Below, piece after piece: positions 36,686 to 46,722 of a DNA stretch of 64,000 nt. The position numbers and the translations under genes were made by a program. The DNA is from Planctomycetota bacterium (lineage in GTDB: Bacteria; Planctomycetota; UBA1135; UBA2386), in NCBI GenBank assembly GCA_965228735.1, contig OZ245838.1:6752001-6816000 (forward strand), given 5' to 3'. The first letter of the stretch is position 1, and each line of letters begins with the position of its first letter. The notes beneath the pieces were generated by a model. It searched no databases. It saw only the letters and a program-made list of their open reading frames with translations, and was not told the DNA's origin.

Positions 36686-36802
36686 AGTGTGCCGTACGGT
36701 ACCTGGTTCAAACCGCAAGGTTGCCCGCGGCCCCCCGCCGGAGGCGGGGGGCCGCGGGCAACCTTGCGGTTTGAACCAGGTACCGTACGGCACACTTCAG
36801 CG
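36680..36802. repeat. Perfect 60-bp inverted repeat with a GGA loop (REP doublet / MITE-like)
   Basis: 36680-36739 is the exact reverse complement of 36743-36802. Confidence 0.95.
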
Positions 36803-36822
36803 CCGGTTGGGGGCGGCCTCGC

Positions 36823-36856
36823 GTGGCGGATTTGAAACGGGTTCGGTACCGCCACC
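36823..36856. repeat. REP-like repeat copy (variant B)
   Basis: gtggcggatttgaaacgggttcggtaccgccacc, near-identical to 48353-48386; terminal gtggcgg/ccgccac stem. Confidence 0.85.
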
Positions 36857-36880
36857 GGTTACGCTGCGGGCCCCTCTGAT

Positions 36881-39745
36881 ATGAACGATACGCCGGACAC
36901 TGTCGCGGCCGGCGCCCCGGTATGGCCGTTGTGGCTCTCGCTCGGTGCGCTGCTCGGGCTCGCGTTGATCGTCTTCCTGCCGGCTGCGCTCGACGCGCGG
37001 TTCGTCAACCTGGACGATCCGTTCTTCTTCGGGCCGACGTCCGTGTTTCGCACGGGTGGTCTCGCGATCGCGCTCGAGCAACCCATCGCCAACGCGTACC
37101 TGCCGGTCGCGCACGGTTCGCTGTGGTTCGACTACTGGCTGTTCGCGAACGCGCCGACCGGCCCGCACGTCGTCGCCGTGCTGCTGCACGGGCTCGTCGG
37201 TGTCGTGCTCGCGCGACTGTTCGGCGCGCTCTCGGTTCGGCCCGTGCCGGCCCACCTCGCCGCCGCCCTGTTCGTCGTGCATCCCGCGCTCGCCGAGTCG
37301 GTGACGTGGGTGTCGGGGCGGAAGGATCTGCTCGCTGGTCTGTTCGGCTTCCTCGCGCTGCTCTTCGTCGTGCGCCACGCGCAGCGGGGTGGCGGCTGGC
37401 GGTTGCTCGTCGTCGCGGTGTGCACCGCGCTCGCGATGTACTCGAAGGCGACGGCGGTCGTGTTGCCGCTGCTCGCGGTCTTGTTCACCTGGGTCACGGC
37501 GACCGGCCCGCGTCGCTTCCTCGCGCCCGCGCTGATGCTCGTCGTCGTGCTGCCGATCGCGCTGCATCACCAGAGCATCGCGGCGGCCGAGGGGACGCTC
37601 GCGAGCGGCAGCTTCGGCGAACGCGCGCAGCAGGTGCCCGGCGCCTTCGCGCACTATCTGCTCACCGCGATCTGGCCGCTGCACCTCAACGTGCTCTACC
37701 CCGAGATCCAGACGCTCGAACTCTTCGTCGAACGGCTCTGGCTCGGTCTGCTCACGGTCGTCGCGGTGCTCGTTGGCGCTGTCGTGCTGCTGCTCGCGAA
37801 GGGTCGGGCGTCGAGGCTCGTGGGCATCGGCCTGCTCGCGTTCGCGGTCGCGCTGCTGCCGTTCAACACGGCCTGGCCGGCGTCGTCGATCGCGGCGGCG
37901 GATCGATACCTGCACCTCGCGCTGCCGGGGCTCGCGCTCGGCTTCGCCCTGCTGCTCACCCGCGGCGTCGGCGGCAGCCGAACGCGCCCGATCGGTGCCG
38001 CTGCCATTGCCGTTCTGCTGCTGCCGCTCGGATATCTCGCCCAACAGCGCGCCGACGACTTCACGACGACGGAGAAGCTGTGGCGGAGCAGTCTGGCCGA
38101 GGACCCCGACAACGCGGTCGCGCACTTCAACCTCGCGAGCGAACTCCTCGGCCGTGGCGTCGTCGACGCCGAAGGGCTCATCGCGATCGAGACCGAACTG
38201 CAGGCTGCCGTCGACGCCGCGCGGTATCCGATCCACGAACTGCGGGCTGCGCGTCTGCTCCGGGTCCTCGCACTGCGGCAGGGTGACTACGAAGCCGCGG
38301 CCGAACACGCTCGCACCGCCGTGCGGGCTGCCGGAGAACAGCTCGAACGCGAGGTCACGCCGCAGCGTCGCGAGCAGGCCGAGTCGTTGCTCGTCGAGAC
38401 GCTGCTCGAGTCGTTCGAAGCGCTGCGCCTCGCGGGCTACGACGTCGCGGCGCGGACCAACTGGGTGACCGCGAAGGAACTCGTGCCCGAGCACCCCGAG
38501 GTCGTCGCGTTCGGTTCGTTGCTCGAGCTCGGCACGGCCGTCGAAGAGCTCGTCGGTCGCACGAGCGACGCCGCGGCGGTGACGACGCTGGCGATCGATG
38601 CGGTGCCCGTGCAGGCCGCGATTACCGCGCTCGAGACGGCGCTCACGGCCCACCCGGAACACCCGTCGTTGCTCTTCGCACTCGCCTCGTGGCATCGGGC
38701 GTGCGGCGAGACGCTGCCGGCGTTGCGCTACTACAAGAAGGCCGAGAAGGGTGCCCCCGACCGCGTCGACTCGTTCCGCGAGGCCGCGCGCATGCTGCGC
38801 GAACAGGGCCTCTACACGGAGGCGATCAAGCACGCGCAGAACGGGTTGCAGGGCCGTGAGGACCCGGCTCTGCGGCAGGAGTGGGCGCTGTCGTTGATCG
38901 GTCTCGGCCGACTCGACGAGGCGGTCATGCAGCTCGAGGCCTACCTGCGCGCGCGGCCCACCGACGAGGACACGAAGAAGATCCTCGCGAGCGTGCTCGT
39001 CGGGCGGGCGCTCGTGCGGCTCAACGAGGCCGCGGGCACGGTCGAAGGCCACAAGGAAGCGCTGCGCATCATCGACCAGGTGCTCGAGCTCAACCCCAAC
39101 GAGCAGAAGGCGCACCTCGTACTCGGTCGCATCGCGCGCGAGAACGGTCAGTACCTGCGCGCGGTCCAATACTACGACCGCGCGTACGAGCTGCTGCCGA
39201 CCTACGCCGATGCGCGGCTCGGACTCGCCGAGGCGCTGCGTGATCTCGGCATGGAGCGCATGCTCCGAAAGGACGATCCGGGCGCGGCCGAGGCGTGGCT
39301 GCGCTGCCTCGAGGTCGCGCCGAAGAACTTCGACAAGGCGGCGCTGACCCTGCAGCTCAAGGGGCTGTGGCGGCGCTGTGAGAACCGCGGCATCGAGTTC
39401 CTCAAGGCCGGCGACAAGGACGCCGCGATCGCCGAGTTCCGCCGCTGCCTGCAGGTCGATCCCGAACAGCACTGGATCAGCTGGCTGCTCGCGAACGCGC
39501 TGCGCGACCGCCCCGACGTCGATCTCGCGGAGCTCGAACGGCTCTGCCGCCAAGCCGTCGACTGGCAGCGCAAGCACGAGCTCGACAGCAGTCGCCAGAC
39601 CTACCTGCTCGCCGACACGCTCGCGCGCCGCGGCAACCCGCAGGGCGCGCGCGACCTCGCGCGCGCGTGGCTCGAGGATGATCGCAACGATCGCGAGGCC
39701 GCCGATCCCGCCGCGCTCGGCGCGCTCGAGATCCTCGCGCAGTGA
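36881..39745 (+). CDS. TMTC-like multi-TM GT-C glycosyltransferase with C-terminal TPR repeats
   Basis: FVNLDD first-loop acidic motif, LFVVHPALAESVTWVSGRKDLL, YSKATAVVLP, ADRYLHL, followed by many TPRs. Confidence 0.85.
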   Translation: MNDTPDTVAAGAPVWPLWLSLGALLGLALIVFLPAALDARFVNLDDPFFFGPTSVFRTGGLAIALEQPIANAYLPVAHGSLWFDYWLFANAPTGPHVVAVLLHGLVGVVLARLFGALSVRPVPAHLAAALFVVHPALAESVTWVSGRKDLLAGLFGFLALLFVVRHAQRGGGWRLLVVAVCTALAMYSKATAVVLPLLAVLFTWVTATGPRRFLAPALMLVVVLPIALHHQSIAAAEGTLASGSFGERAQQVPGAFAHYLLTAIWPLHLNVLYPEIQTLELFVERLWLGLLTVVAVLVGAVVLLLAKGRASRLVGIGLLAFAVALLPFNTAWPASSIAAADRYLHLALPGLALGFALLLTRGVGGSRTRPIGAAAIAVLLLPLGYLAQQRADDFTTTEKLWRSSLAEDPDNAVAHFNLASELLGRGVVDAEGLIAIETELQAAVDAARYPIHELRAARLLRVLALRQGDYEAAAEHARTAVRAAGEQLEREVTPQRREQAESLLVETLLESFEALRLAGYDVAARTNWVTAKELVPEHPEVVAFGSLLELGTAVEELVGRTSDAAAVTTLAIDAVPVQAAITALETALTAHPEHPSLLFALASWHRACGETLPALRYYKKAEKGAPDRVDSFREAARMLREQGLYTEAIKHAQNGLQGREDPALRQEWALSLIGLGRLDEAVMQLEAYLRARPTDEDTKKILASVLVGRALVRLNEAAGTVEGHKEALRIIDQVLELNPNEQKAHLVLGRIARENGQYLRAVQYYDRAYELLPTYADARLGLAEALRDLGMERMLRKDDPGAAEAWLRCLEVAPKNFDKAALTLQLKGLWRRCENRGIEFLKAGDKDAAIAEFRRCLQVDPEQHWISWLLANALRDRPDVDLAELERLCRQAVDWQRKHELDSSRQTYLLADTLARRGNPQGARDLARAWLEDDRNDREAADPAALGALEILAQ

Positions 39746-39749
39746 CGGG

Positions 39750-41075
39750 ATGAAGCGGTCGCGTGCATGGCTCGGCGCCTCCGCGGTCGCGGTCGGGTCG
39801 AGCCTCGGTCTCGCGTGGTGGCTCACGCGGCCCGTGCCCGAGCTGCGCTGCATCGTCGAATGGGAGAGCTCAGGCGCTCCCGTCGACGGTGATGCCACGT
39901 TGTTCTGGCGCTGCACTCATCCCGAGCCGGAGGAGCACGAACAACGGATTCACCTGCAGAACGGCACGGCGACGGTCGCGATCCCGTTCGCATCGCCGCC
40001 CGCGTTCCACCGCGCCGAGCTGCGGCTCGGTCGGCTCGAGGTTCGCGGTGGGCCGGCCATCGGAACGGACTGGCTGTCGGCGAGCGAACTGCCGCGCATG
40101 ACGTTCACGATCCGGCGAGGCGACCCGGGCTCGCACGCCGAACTCGCAGCCGAGCTGACGCGACTCCGCGGGCTCGCGGACGACCTGCGCGGCGGTCGGA
40201 CCCGATCGCTGTCGCCCGCCGAACGCGACCTGGTCCTGCAGTTCGGCCGGCGTTTCCACCTCGAGAGCGCCATTGACACGAGCGCGGACGAGCTCGTCGC
40301 CGCTGTGCTGGTCGCCGGTCAGGTCAACCCGCAGACGCGCGTGCGCATCGACAACGGCATCGTCCGCGAAGCGCTGGAGCGCAGCTCCGAGAGTCGTCGC
40401 CTCGACGTCGCTCGCGCGCTCGTCCACCTCGCGAACGCCGACTGGCAGACGAACGTCGGCATGGGTGACTTCGTGCGCAACCGCGACCCTGGCCTCGCCG
40501 GCCCGTTCGCCGATGTCATGACCGAGTGGGGCGTCCGGGCCAACAACTCGACGCTCGACTACGGCGGTTTGCTGCAGGACGCGGACTCCGCATGGCAGCG
40601 GTTTCAGCGCAACGCTGCGCGCCCGTCGCTGCGAGCGCACATCCTGCAGTGGGCGCGCCATCGCGGCATCGAGTGGGGCGCCGACGCGGTGCGCGTACTC
40701 GTGGAGCTCTACGTCGAGGGCCTCGATCGCCGGCAGGTCGCGCCCCCAATCACGGTCGACAACCGCACCGTCGAAGGCCGCGTCCACGGCCTGCAGTTCG
40801 AACTCGCGCGCACGCTCGCCGAACACGCCGCGACGTTGCCCGAGTCTGCGCGCGCGGCGCTCGCGACCGACCTGCAACTCGCGCAGCACATCGGTCCGCT
40901 GACGTCGATCGCGACGGTCCGCCCGTTCCTCCCGCAGGACATCGACCTCTCGGACCTCGCGACCCGCTATTGGCAGTCGGACGACCAGCGCGCGCGACGC
41001 GCGATCGAAGCGCTCGCACTGAGCGGCGTCCCGAAGATCGTCGCCACGCTCGCTCCCGGTCTGCGCGAGCTCTGA
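39750..41075 (+). CDS. Hypothetical protein with N-terminal membrane anchor
   Basis: ATG 4 nt after the previous stop; MKRSRAWLGASAVAVGSSLGLAWWL. Confidence 0.65.
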   Translation: MKRSRAWLGASAVAVGSSLGLAWWLTRPVPELRCIVEWESSGAPVDGDATLFWRCTHPEPEEHEQRIHLQNGTATVAIPFASPPAFHRAELRLGRLEVRGGPAIGTDWLSASELPRMTFTIRRGDPGSHAELAAELTRLRGLADDLRGGRTRSLSPAERDLVLQFGRRFHLESAIDTSADELVAAVLVAGQVNPQTRVRIDNGIVREALERSSESRRLDVARALVHLANADWQTNVGMGDFVRNRDPGLAGPFADVMTEWGVRANNSTLDYGGLLQDADSAWQRFQRNAARPSLRAHILQWARHRGIEWGADAVRVLVELYVEGLDRRQVAPPITVDNRTVEGRVHGLQFELARTLAEHAATLPESARAALATDLQLAQHIGPLTSIATVRPFLPQDIDLSDLATRYWQSDDQRARRAIEALALSGVPKIVATLAPGLREL

Positions 41076-41259
41076 CCAGCCGGGCCGACGTTCCCACGGC
41101 GTCGTTGCGCCACGGCGTGCGAGTTGTTACCTTCTCTCCACTGTCGCCGGTCAGCGGCAGCGCGCGCCTCTCGGCGGCCGGTCAGCCTCCCGTCGCGCGC
41201 CTCAATCGGTCAGCACAAGTCTCGTTCCGGCGTCCCGATGGCGACGCGGGGGGTAATTC

Positions 41260-41919
41260 GTGGCACGTAAGGCAAGTGACATGGTGATGCTGTTGCGTTC
41301 GCGCGGCAGCGGGGGGCGGCGCAAGAAGTCCAGCGGGCTGCTCGGCAAGGTCGGCGGCGCGATCGGACAACTGCTCGGCGGCTCCAAGTCGCGCAGCTCG
41401 AGCCGCAGCGTTCGCGGCGGTTCGGGCGGGCTCGCCGCGATGGTGCCCGGCTGGATCGCGATCGGCCTGGCGCTGCTCTGCTTCGGCTCCGGCTACGTCG
41501 TCCGCGGCTACGTGGCGCCGCCCGCGCCGGCGGACGGGGGCGCGGGCCTGCAGGCCAATTCGCGCGGCGAAGGCAACCCGGTGGCGCCGGGCGTGATCGA
41601 GGTCGACACCGCGCCGCTCGCCAACCAGGCGTTCTTCGTCGCGGCCTACGACCAGCTGGGGCCCGAAGAAGCCAAGTCGCGGGCCGTCGCGCTGAGCCGC
41701 TGGCTGCGGGACATGGGACTAGAAAAGGCCAAGCCCTACCGCTTCACGTCGGACAAGGGCACGTTCTGGTTCGTCGTCGTCTACTACTACGGTCAGCGCG
41801 AATACCAGGACACCCGCCAGCAGCTGTTGAACCTGCCGCAGGACCCGCCGGATCCGGTGTTCGTCGCGGTGAGGCAGAACGAACCCAACTGGCCGCCGCC
41901 GTTCGACATCCAGCGCTGA
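41260..41919 (+). CDS. Single-pass membrane protein with a basic cytoplasmic N-terminus
   Basis: Basic Gly/Ser-rich N-terminus, TM WIAIGLALLCFGSGYVV, compact alpha/beta C-terminal domain, possibly SPOR-like. Confidence 0.7.
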   Translation: MARKASDMVMLLRSRGSGGRRKKSSGLLGKVGGAIGQLLGGSKSRSSSRSVRGGSGGLAAMVPGWIAIGLALLCFGSGYVVRGYVAPPAPADGGAGLQANSRGEGNPVAPGVIEVDTAPLANQAFFVAAYDQLGPEEAKSRAVALSRWLRDMGLEKAKPYRFTSDKGTFWFVVVYYYGQREYQDTRQQLLNLPQDPPDPVFVAVRQNEPNWPPPFDIQR

Positions 41920-42112
41920 ACCGCAGTGCCGCCGGTGGCCCCCGACCCGGCGGTCTTTTCAGGTTTGGGGCGTTTCGGGGTGGCCGGGGTCGGGCTCGAT
42001 CCGCTAGACTCCTCGCCCCATTTTCCGCCTCGCGGGGGATGGCTCTGGTTCCATCGATCGCGGCCGGCGGGTCGCGGCCAGAGCTGCTCCAGCGGGCCGG
42101 CACGAGGACATC

Positions 42113-42319
42113 ATGACGATTCACAGAAGCTTGCAGCTCTCCGGCGCCTCCGCGGGCCAGCGCAACGTGTGGACCCGCGTCGAGCGGCTCGCCGCGCTCA
42201 AGAAGCTCGGCGAATGGAGCGAAGGCGACGCGGTCGAGGGGTTGCGCAAGGTGCGCACGCGCTTCAAGGCGAAGGGCAAGAAGAAGAAGGCCGCCGCGGC
42301 CGACGACAAGGAGAAGTAG
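42113..42319 (+). CDS. PVC-superphylum small basic protein (TIGR04137-like)
   Basis: MTIHRSL...RNVWTRVERL..L...GEWSEG...GLRKV plus a Lys-rich tail; GAGG RBS. Confidence 0.85.
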   Translation: MTIHRSLQLSGASAGQRNVWTRVERLAALKKLGEWSEGDAVEGLRKVRTRFKAKGKKKKAAAADDKEK

Positions 42320-42380
42320 CGGCCCTCGATCGGGGCCTCGTCGCGACGGCGGGCCCGTTCCGTTCCCCCGTCCGACTGTC

Positions 42381-43538
42381 GTGACCGATCCAAGTCCAGG
42401 TCCGCTGAGCGAGCGCGTTCAGGCCATCGAGCCGAGCGGCATCCGCCGCATGTTCGAGCTCATGGCGTCGATGCAGGACCCGATCAACCTGTCGATCGGG
42501 CAACCGCACTACGAGGTGCCGCCGCTGCTCGCCGAAGCCGCGCAGCGCGCGATCCGTGACGGCCACAACCGCTACACGGTCACGCAGGGGCTGCCCGAGC
42601 TCAACGCGATCGTGCTCGATCGCACGGCGGAGATGCATGGCCGGCGCCCCGAGACGAGCCTGATCACGGCCGGCGTGTCCGGTGGACTCGTGCTGACGTT
42701 CCAGTCGATGCTCGACCCGGGGGACGAGATCCTGCTGCCCGACCCCGGGTTCGTGATGTATCGCCACCTCGCGACCACGTGCGGGGCGAAGGTGCGGTAC
42801 TACAGCCTCTACCCGGACCGGTCGGGCGAGCGCTTCCGCGTCGACCTCGACGAGATCGAACGGTTGTGCACGGAGCGCACGAAGATCGTGTTCGTGAACT
42901 CGCCGAGCAACCCGACGGGCGGCGTGCTCAGCAAGGCCGAGGTCGAGGGCATCTGCGCGATCGCCAACCGCCGCGGGCTCTACGTCGTCAGCGACGAGAT
43001 CTACGACTTCTTCACCTACATCGACGAGTACGTCTCGCCCGTGAGCTTCGCCGACCGTTGCATCCAGCTCGGTGGTTGGAGCAAGACGTATGCGGTGCCG
43101 GGCTGGCGCGTGGGGTGGGCGACGGGACCGGCCGAAGTGCTCGACGCGATGAAGACGCTGCAGCAGTTCTCGTTCGTCTGCACCCCAGCACCGTTCCAGA
43201 AGGCGCTCGTCGAGGCGATGCCGCAGCTCGACATGACGCCGTATCGCGCGGACTACATCCAAAAGCGCGGTCGCCTCACCGAGACGCTGCATCCAGCCTA
43301 CAAGCTGCGTGCGCCGGACGGTTCGTTCTACGCGTTCCCCGAGCTGCCGCTCGCGCCGGGCGGCAAGCACACGAGCGGCGACTTCCTCGACGCGGCGATC
43401 GAGAACAATCTGCTCGTCGTGCTCGGCAGGACGTTCTCGGCGCGCGACACCCACTTCCGGCTCTCGTTCGCCGCCGACGACGAGACGCTCGATCGCGGCA
43501 TCGCGGTGCTCAACCAACTCGCCGAGCGGTTCGCCTGA
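42381..43538 (+). CDS. PLP-dependent aminotransferase class I/II
   Basis: INLSIGQP, YTVTQGLPEL, NSPSNPTG, SDEIY, SKTYAVPGWRVG. Confidence 0.93.
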   Translation: MTDPSPGPLSERVQAIEPSGIRRMFELMASMQDPINLSIGQPHYEVPPLLAEAAQRAIRDGHNRYTVTQGLPELNAIVLDRTAEMHGRRPETSLITAGVSGGLVLTFQSMLDPGDEILLPDPGFVMYRHLATTCGAKVRYYSLYPDRSGERFRVDLDEIERLCTERTKIVFVNSPSNPTGGVLSKAEVEGICAIANRRGLYVVSDEIYDFFTYIDEYVSPVSFADRCIQLGGWSKTYAVPGWRVGWATGPAEVLDAMKTLQQFSFVCTPAPFQKALVEAMPQLDMTPYRADYIQKRGRLTETLHPAYKLRAPDGSFYAFPELPLAPGGKHTSGDFLDAAIENNLLVVLGRTFSARDTHFRLSFAADDETLDRGIAVLNQLAERFA

Positions 43539-43581
43539 TCCCGGACCCGATCGACCCCGGACCCGATTCGCCGAGCCTCCC

Positions 43582-44370
43582 ATGACCGCCGGTCCGACCA
43601 CCCGCGCCCGGGCGCCCGTCGTCGAGATCTTCGCCTCCCTGCAGGGTGAAGGCCGCTTCGTCGGCCGACCGACCGTGTTCGTTCGCACCGCGACGTGTCC
43701 GCTGCGGTGCCTCTACTGCGACACGCCGGAGAGCTACACGGCGCCCGCGAACGCCGCGGTGACCGTCGCCGGCGAGGTTGGCGACGAGCCCAACCCGATG
43801 ACCGCGGCGCGGGTGGTCGAGCTCGCGGAACTCGCCGGGCACGAGCCGATCGTGAGCCTCACTGGCGGCGAACCGCTCGTGTTTCCCGAGTTCGCCCACG
43901 ACCTCGGCATGGGGTTGCACGACCGCGGTGTCCGCCTGCACCTCGAGACGGCGGCGGTCCACCCCGAAGCGCTCGAGCGGTGCATCGACGTGATCGATCA
44001 CGTGAGCGCCGACTACAAGTTGCCCGAGACGCTCGGCGCGCCGAACGGTGATCCCGAGTTCGGGCCCGATGGGGACTACGCGGACCGCCACGTGCAGTGC
44101 TACGAGATCGCGGCGCGCGCCGGGGTGTCGCTCGACGTCAAGCTCGTGCTGACGCCCGAGTGCACGCCGGCGTCGTTCGAGCGGGCGCTGGCCCGGCTCG
44201 AGCCGTTGCGGCCGGCGCTCACGCTCATCCTGCAGCCGGTGACGCCGTTCGGCGCCGTTCGCTCGCGGGTCTCCTCCGAGTCGCTGCGCGAGTTCGTTGC
44301 GGCGGCGCAGCGCCAGAACTTCCAGTTCCGCGTGTTGCCGCAGGTGCACAAGCTGCTTGGCCTCCCGTAG
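43582..44370 (+). CDS. queE: 7-carboxy-7-deazaguanine synthase (radical SAM)
   Basis: EIFASLQGEG, FVRTATCPLRCLYCDT, SLTGGEP, LHLET, RVLPQVHK. Confidence 0.88.
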   Translation: MTAGPTTRARAPVVEIFASLQGEGRFVGRPTVFVRTATCPLRCLYCDTPESYTAPANAAVTVAGEVGDEPNPMTAARVVELAELAGHEPIVSLTGGEPLVFPEFAHDLGMGLHDRGVRLHLETAAVHPEALERCIDVIDHVSADYKLPETLGAPNGDPEFGPDGDYADRHVQCYEIAARAGVSLDVKLVLTPECTPASFERALARLEPLRPALTLILQPVTPFGAVRSRVSSESLREFVAAAQRQNFQFRVLPQVHKLLGLP

Positions 44371-44539
44371 CGCGTCCGTCGCACGGGCACGATCGGCGCG
44401 GCGCGATGGCGGCGAGGGGCGGCCGGCGTAGCGTCCCATATCGGGAGTCCGCGGCCCGGCGCGGAGTTCGGGTCCCGTGCCGCTCGTTACTCCGGCTCGA
44501 GGGCCGACTATCCCTTCGGTCCCGACCTCCCGATCCTCG

Positions 44540-46144
44540 ATGATCGCCCTGCCAATGCCTGACCGTCTCCGCCAGCGTGCGTTGCCGCAGTTTCTGCTGC
44601 TCGCGATCGCCGTCGTCGGCTCGCTGCCGCTCTCGGCCCAAGGGCCGGTGTATCGTGAGCGCTGGGGCTATATGCACCTCGAGCGCCGCCGCGCGCAGTT
44701 GTTCGACGAACTCGAGGAGTGCGACGTCAAGGTCCGGCGCCGGGTCACCGAGATCTTCGCGCGGCCCTACGACGGTCGGCCGTTCCTGCCCGTCGCCGAA
44801 GCGCTCGCGCTCGCGCGTGGCGTCGAGGCGGACGCGGCGTTCATCCTGCGCACCGCGCTCGCGGTGTTCCTGCTGCCGGAGATCGTCGATCCCGAATCGA
44901 CCAACGAGCAGTGTCAGTCGCTCAACGCGTCGCTGTATCTGCCGTTCTCCGTCGAGTCGCCGGGCGAGCTCGCGTTCGTGGCCACGGTGCACGACGGCAA
45001 GGGCGAGAAGCTGTTCGAGCAGGTCGTGACGAAGAACGCCGACATCAACGGCCTGCGGCGCGCGCGGCCCGCGGTGATCGTGCCCGGCGCGGACCTGCCG
45101 AACGGGACGTTCACGTTGACCGTGCGCACGCTCGTCGACGGCGTCGAGCCGACCGCGAAGGATCCGGTCCTGCGGCATCGATTCCACGTGCTGCGCGGCT
45201 ACCAGAAGCGCGCCGAGGCCGCGATGACGCGGACGCGCGAAGTGCACTCGGAGCTGCCGGCGCGGGAACGCGGCCTGTTGCTCGGGCTCACGGCCGAGGT
45301 GTCGCGGGCGTATCAGGGCGTCGCGTTCCCCGGTGAGAGTCCGGCCTGGCTCGATCTCGAACGCACGGAGCGGGCCCTCGCGAACCTTTCGGCCGGCAAG
45401 CACGTGCTGCACGGCATGACGGGCGACGTGCCGATCCAGCTGCCGGTCGGCGACGATGGCGACGGTGACGCAGGCAGCAACGGTCCGCCGCTCGCGGCCC
45501 TGTTGCGGATCCACGCCGGCAATCGGTTCGCGGCGGATCCGCAGGCCGAACGCGAGGCCCGGCCGCTCGCCGTGATCGTCGCCGGGTTGCCGACGTTGGA
45601 CGCGGCTTCCGTCCGGCCGTCGTCGCCGCCGACCGGGCTGCCGCGGTCGACCGCGCTCGCGCTCCCCGACCTCGGTGCCGAGGCCGGCGACGGGTTCGAC
45701 GTCGCGTTCCTCGAGTCGCCCGGTGGCGGCCGCGACTACTTCCGGGCGCTGCCGGCCGCCCTCGCGGAGCTGCGCGGGATCCTCGGTTCGAGCGATCGGC
45801 CCGTCGTGCTGATCGCCGAGCGCGAGGCCGCGACCGTCGCGGGCCTCGCCATCGCGCGACTCGACGAAATCGTCGATGGGGTGCTGCTGATCGGATCGGG
45901 CGGCCTGCCCGGCAATGCGATCGACGCGCTCGACGATCTCACGGTCGGCTATGCCGTGCTCGGGGGCTACCCGGCGACCGATGCGATCGATAGCACGCTG
46001 CGCTACGTCGAGCTGCAGCGGAAGGCCGGAAAAGAACGCGCCGTCACCAAGGTCGCGTCCGATCGGCCCGCGTGGCCGTTCGCGCTCGCGGGTCACCGCG
46101 CGACGATCGCGGGCTTCGTCGCGCGCGTCGTCGGCGGGCGGTAG
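44540..46144 (+). CDS. Exported hypothetical protein with a degenerate alpha/beta-hydrolase-like C-terminus
   Basis: Signal peptide ending LPLSAQ; PLAVIVAG...RPVVLIAEREAA...DGVLLIGSG follows hydrolase strand order but lacks GxSxG. Confidence 0.65.
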   Translation: MIALPMPDRLRQRALPQFLLLAIAVVGSLPLSAQGPVYRERWGYMHLERRRAQLFDELEECDVKVRRRVTEIFARPYDGRPFLPVAEALALARGVEADAAFILRTALAVFLLPEIVDPESTNEQCQSLNASLYLPFSVESPGELAFVATVHDGKGEKLFEQVVTKNADINGLRRARPAVIVPGADLPNGTFTLTVRTLVDGVEPTAKDPVLRHRFHVLRGYQKRAEAAMTRTREVHSELPARERGLLLGLTAEVSRAYQGVAFPGESPAWLDLERTERALANLSAGKHVLHGMTGDVPIQLPVGDDGDGDAGSNGPPLAALLRIHAGNRFAADPQAEREARPLAVIVAGLPTLDAASVRPSSPPTGLPRSTALALPDLGAEAGDGFDVAFLESPGGGRDYFRALPAALAELRGILGSSDRPVVLIAEREAATVAGLAIARLDEIVDGVLLIGSGGLPGNAIDALDDLTVGYAVLGGYPATDAIDSTLRYVELQRKAGKERAVTKVASDRPAWPFALAGHRATIAGFVARVVGGR

Positions 46145-46159
46145 GGAACCTCTACGCCA

Positions 46160-46648
46160 CTAGAACTCGGCGGTGTCGTCCGGCAGGTGCCGGCGCACGA
46201 TTGCGACGAGGTCGCGCGGCTTCACCGGTTTCTCGATCCAGTCGCCGGGCAGCAGGTCGCTGTCCGACAGGTTGGCGGCGGCCTGGCTGTTGCCCGACAC
46301 CACGATGATGGGTAGCGCGGTGTGGCCGTTCTTGCGCAACCGGCGGATGACGTCCGGGCCGGACACCGTCGGCAGGTTCATGTCGAGAACGACCGCGGTC
46401 GGCACGCGCTGGTCGAGACGGTTGAGCGCCTGCAGGCCGTCGCTCGCGACTTCGACTTCGTGCCCGTCGCGCGCGAGCGCGCGGGCGAACACCTCGGCCG
46501 TGAGCGGTTCGTCCTCGACGATGAGGATGCGGGTCGTGCGCTCGACGCACTCCGGCACGCGAACGGACTGGGTCTGCGGCCGTTCGTCGGCGCCCGATCG
46601 CGAGCGTCGATTCGGCTGGGTGGCCGGTTTGGGCGGGGTGAGGATCAT
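46160..46648 (-). CDS. Single-domain response regulator (CheY-like); true start may be downstream
   Basis: RILIVEDE, VVLDMNLP, PIIVVSG, IEKP. Confidence 0.88.
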   Translation of the reverse strand: MILTPPKPATQPNRRSRSGADERPQTQSVRVPECVERTTRILIVEDEPLTAEVFARALARDGHEVEVASDGLQALNRLDQRVPTAVVLDMNLPTVSGPDVIRRLRKNGHTALPIIVVSGNSQAAANLSDSDLLPGDWIEKPVKPRDLVAIVRRHLPDDTAEF

Positions 46649-46722
46649 AGGCTGCTCCGCCGGTCCTATCGGCGGCAGCGGGCCTCGGAGTTAGCGATTC
46701 GGTAGTGCGGGATTCGCCCGGG

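Noticed and set aside
43582..44370. 7-deazaguanine DNA-modification (dpd) system
   Set aside because: Only queE is present, with no dpdA/tgt-like, queC or queD neighbours. This is consistent with ordinary queuosine synthesis.
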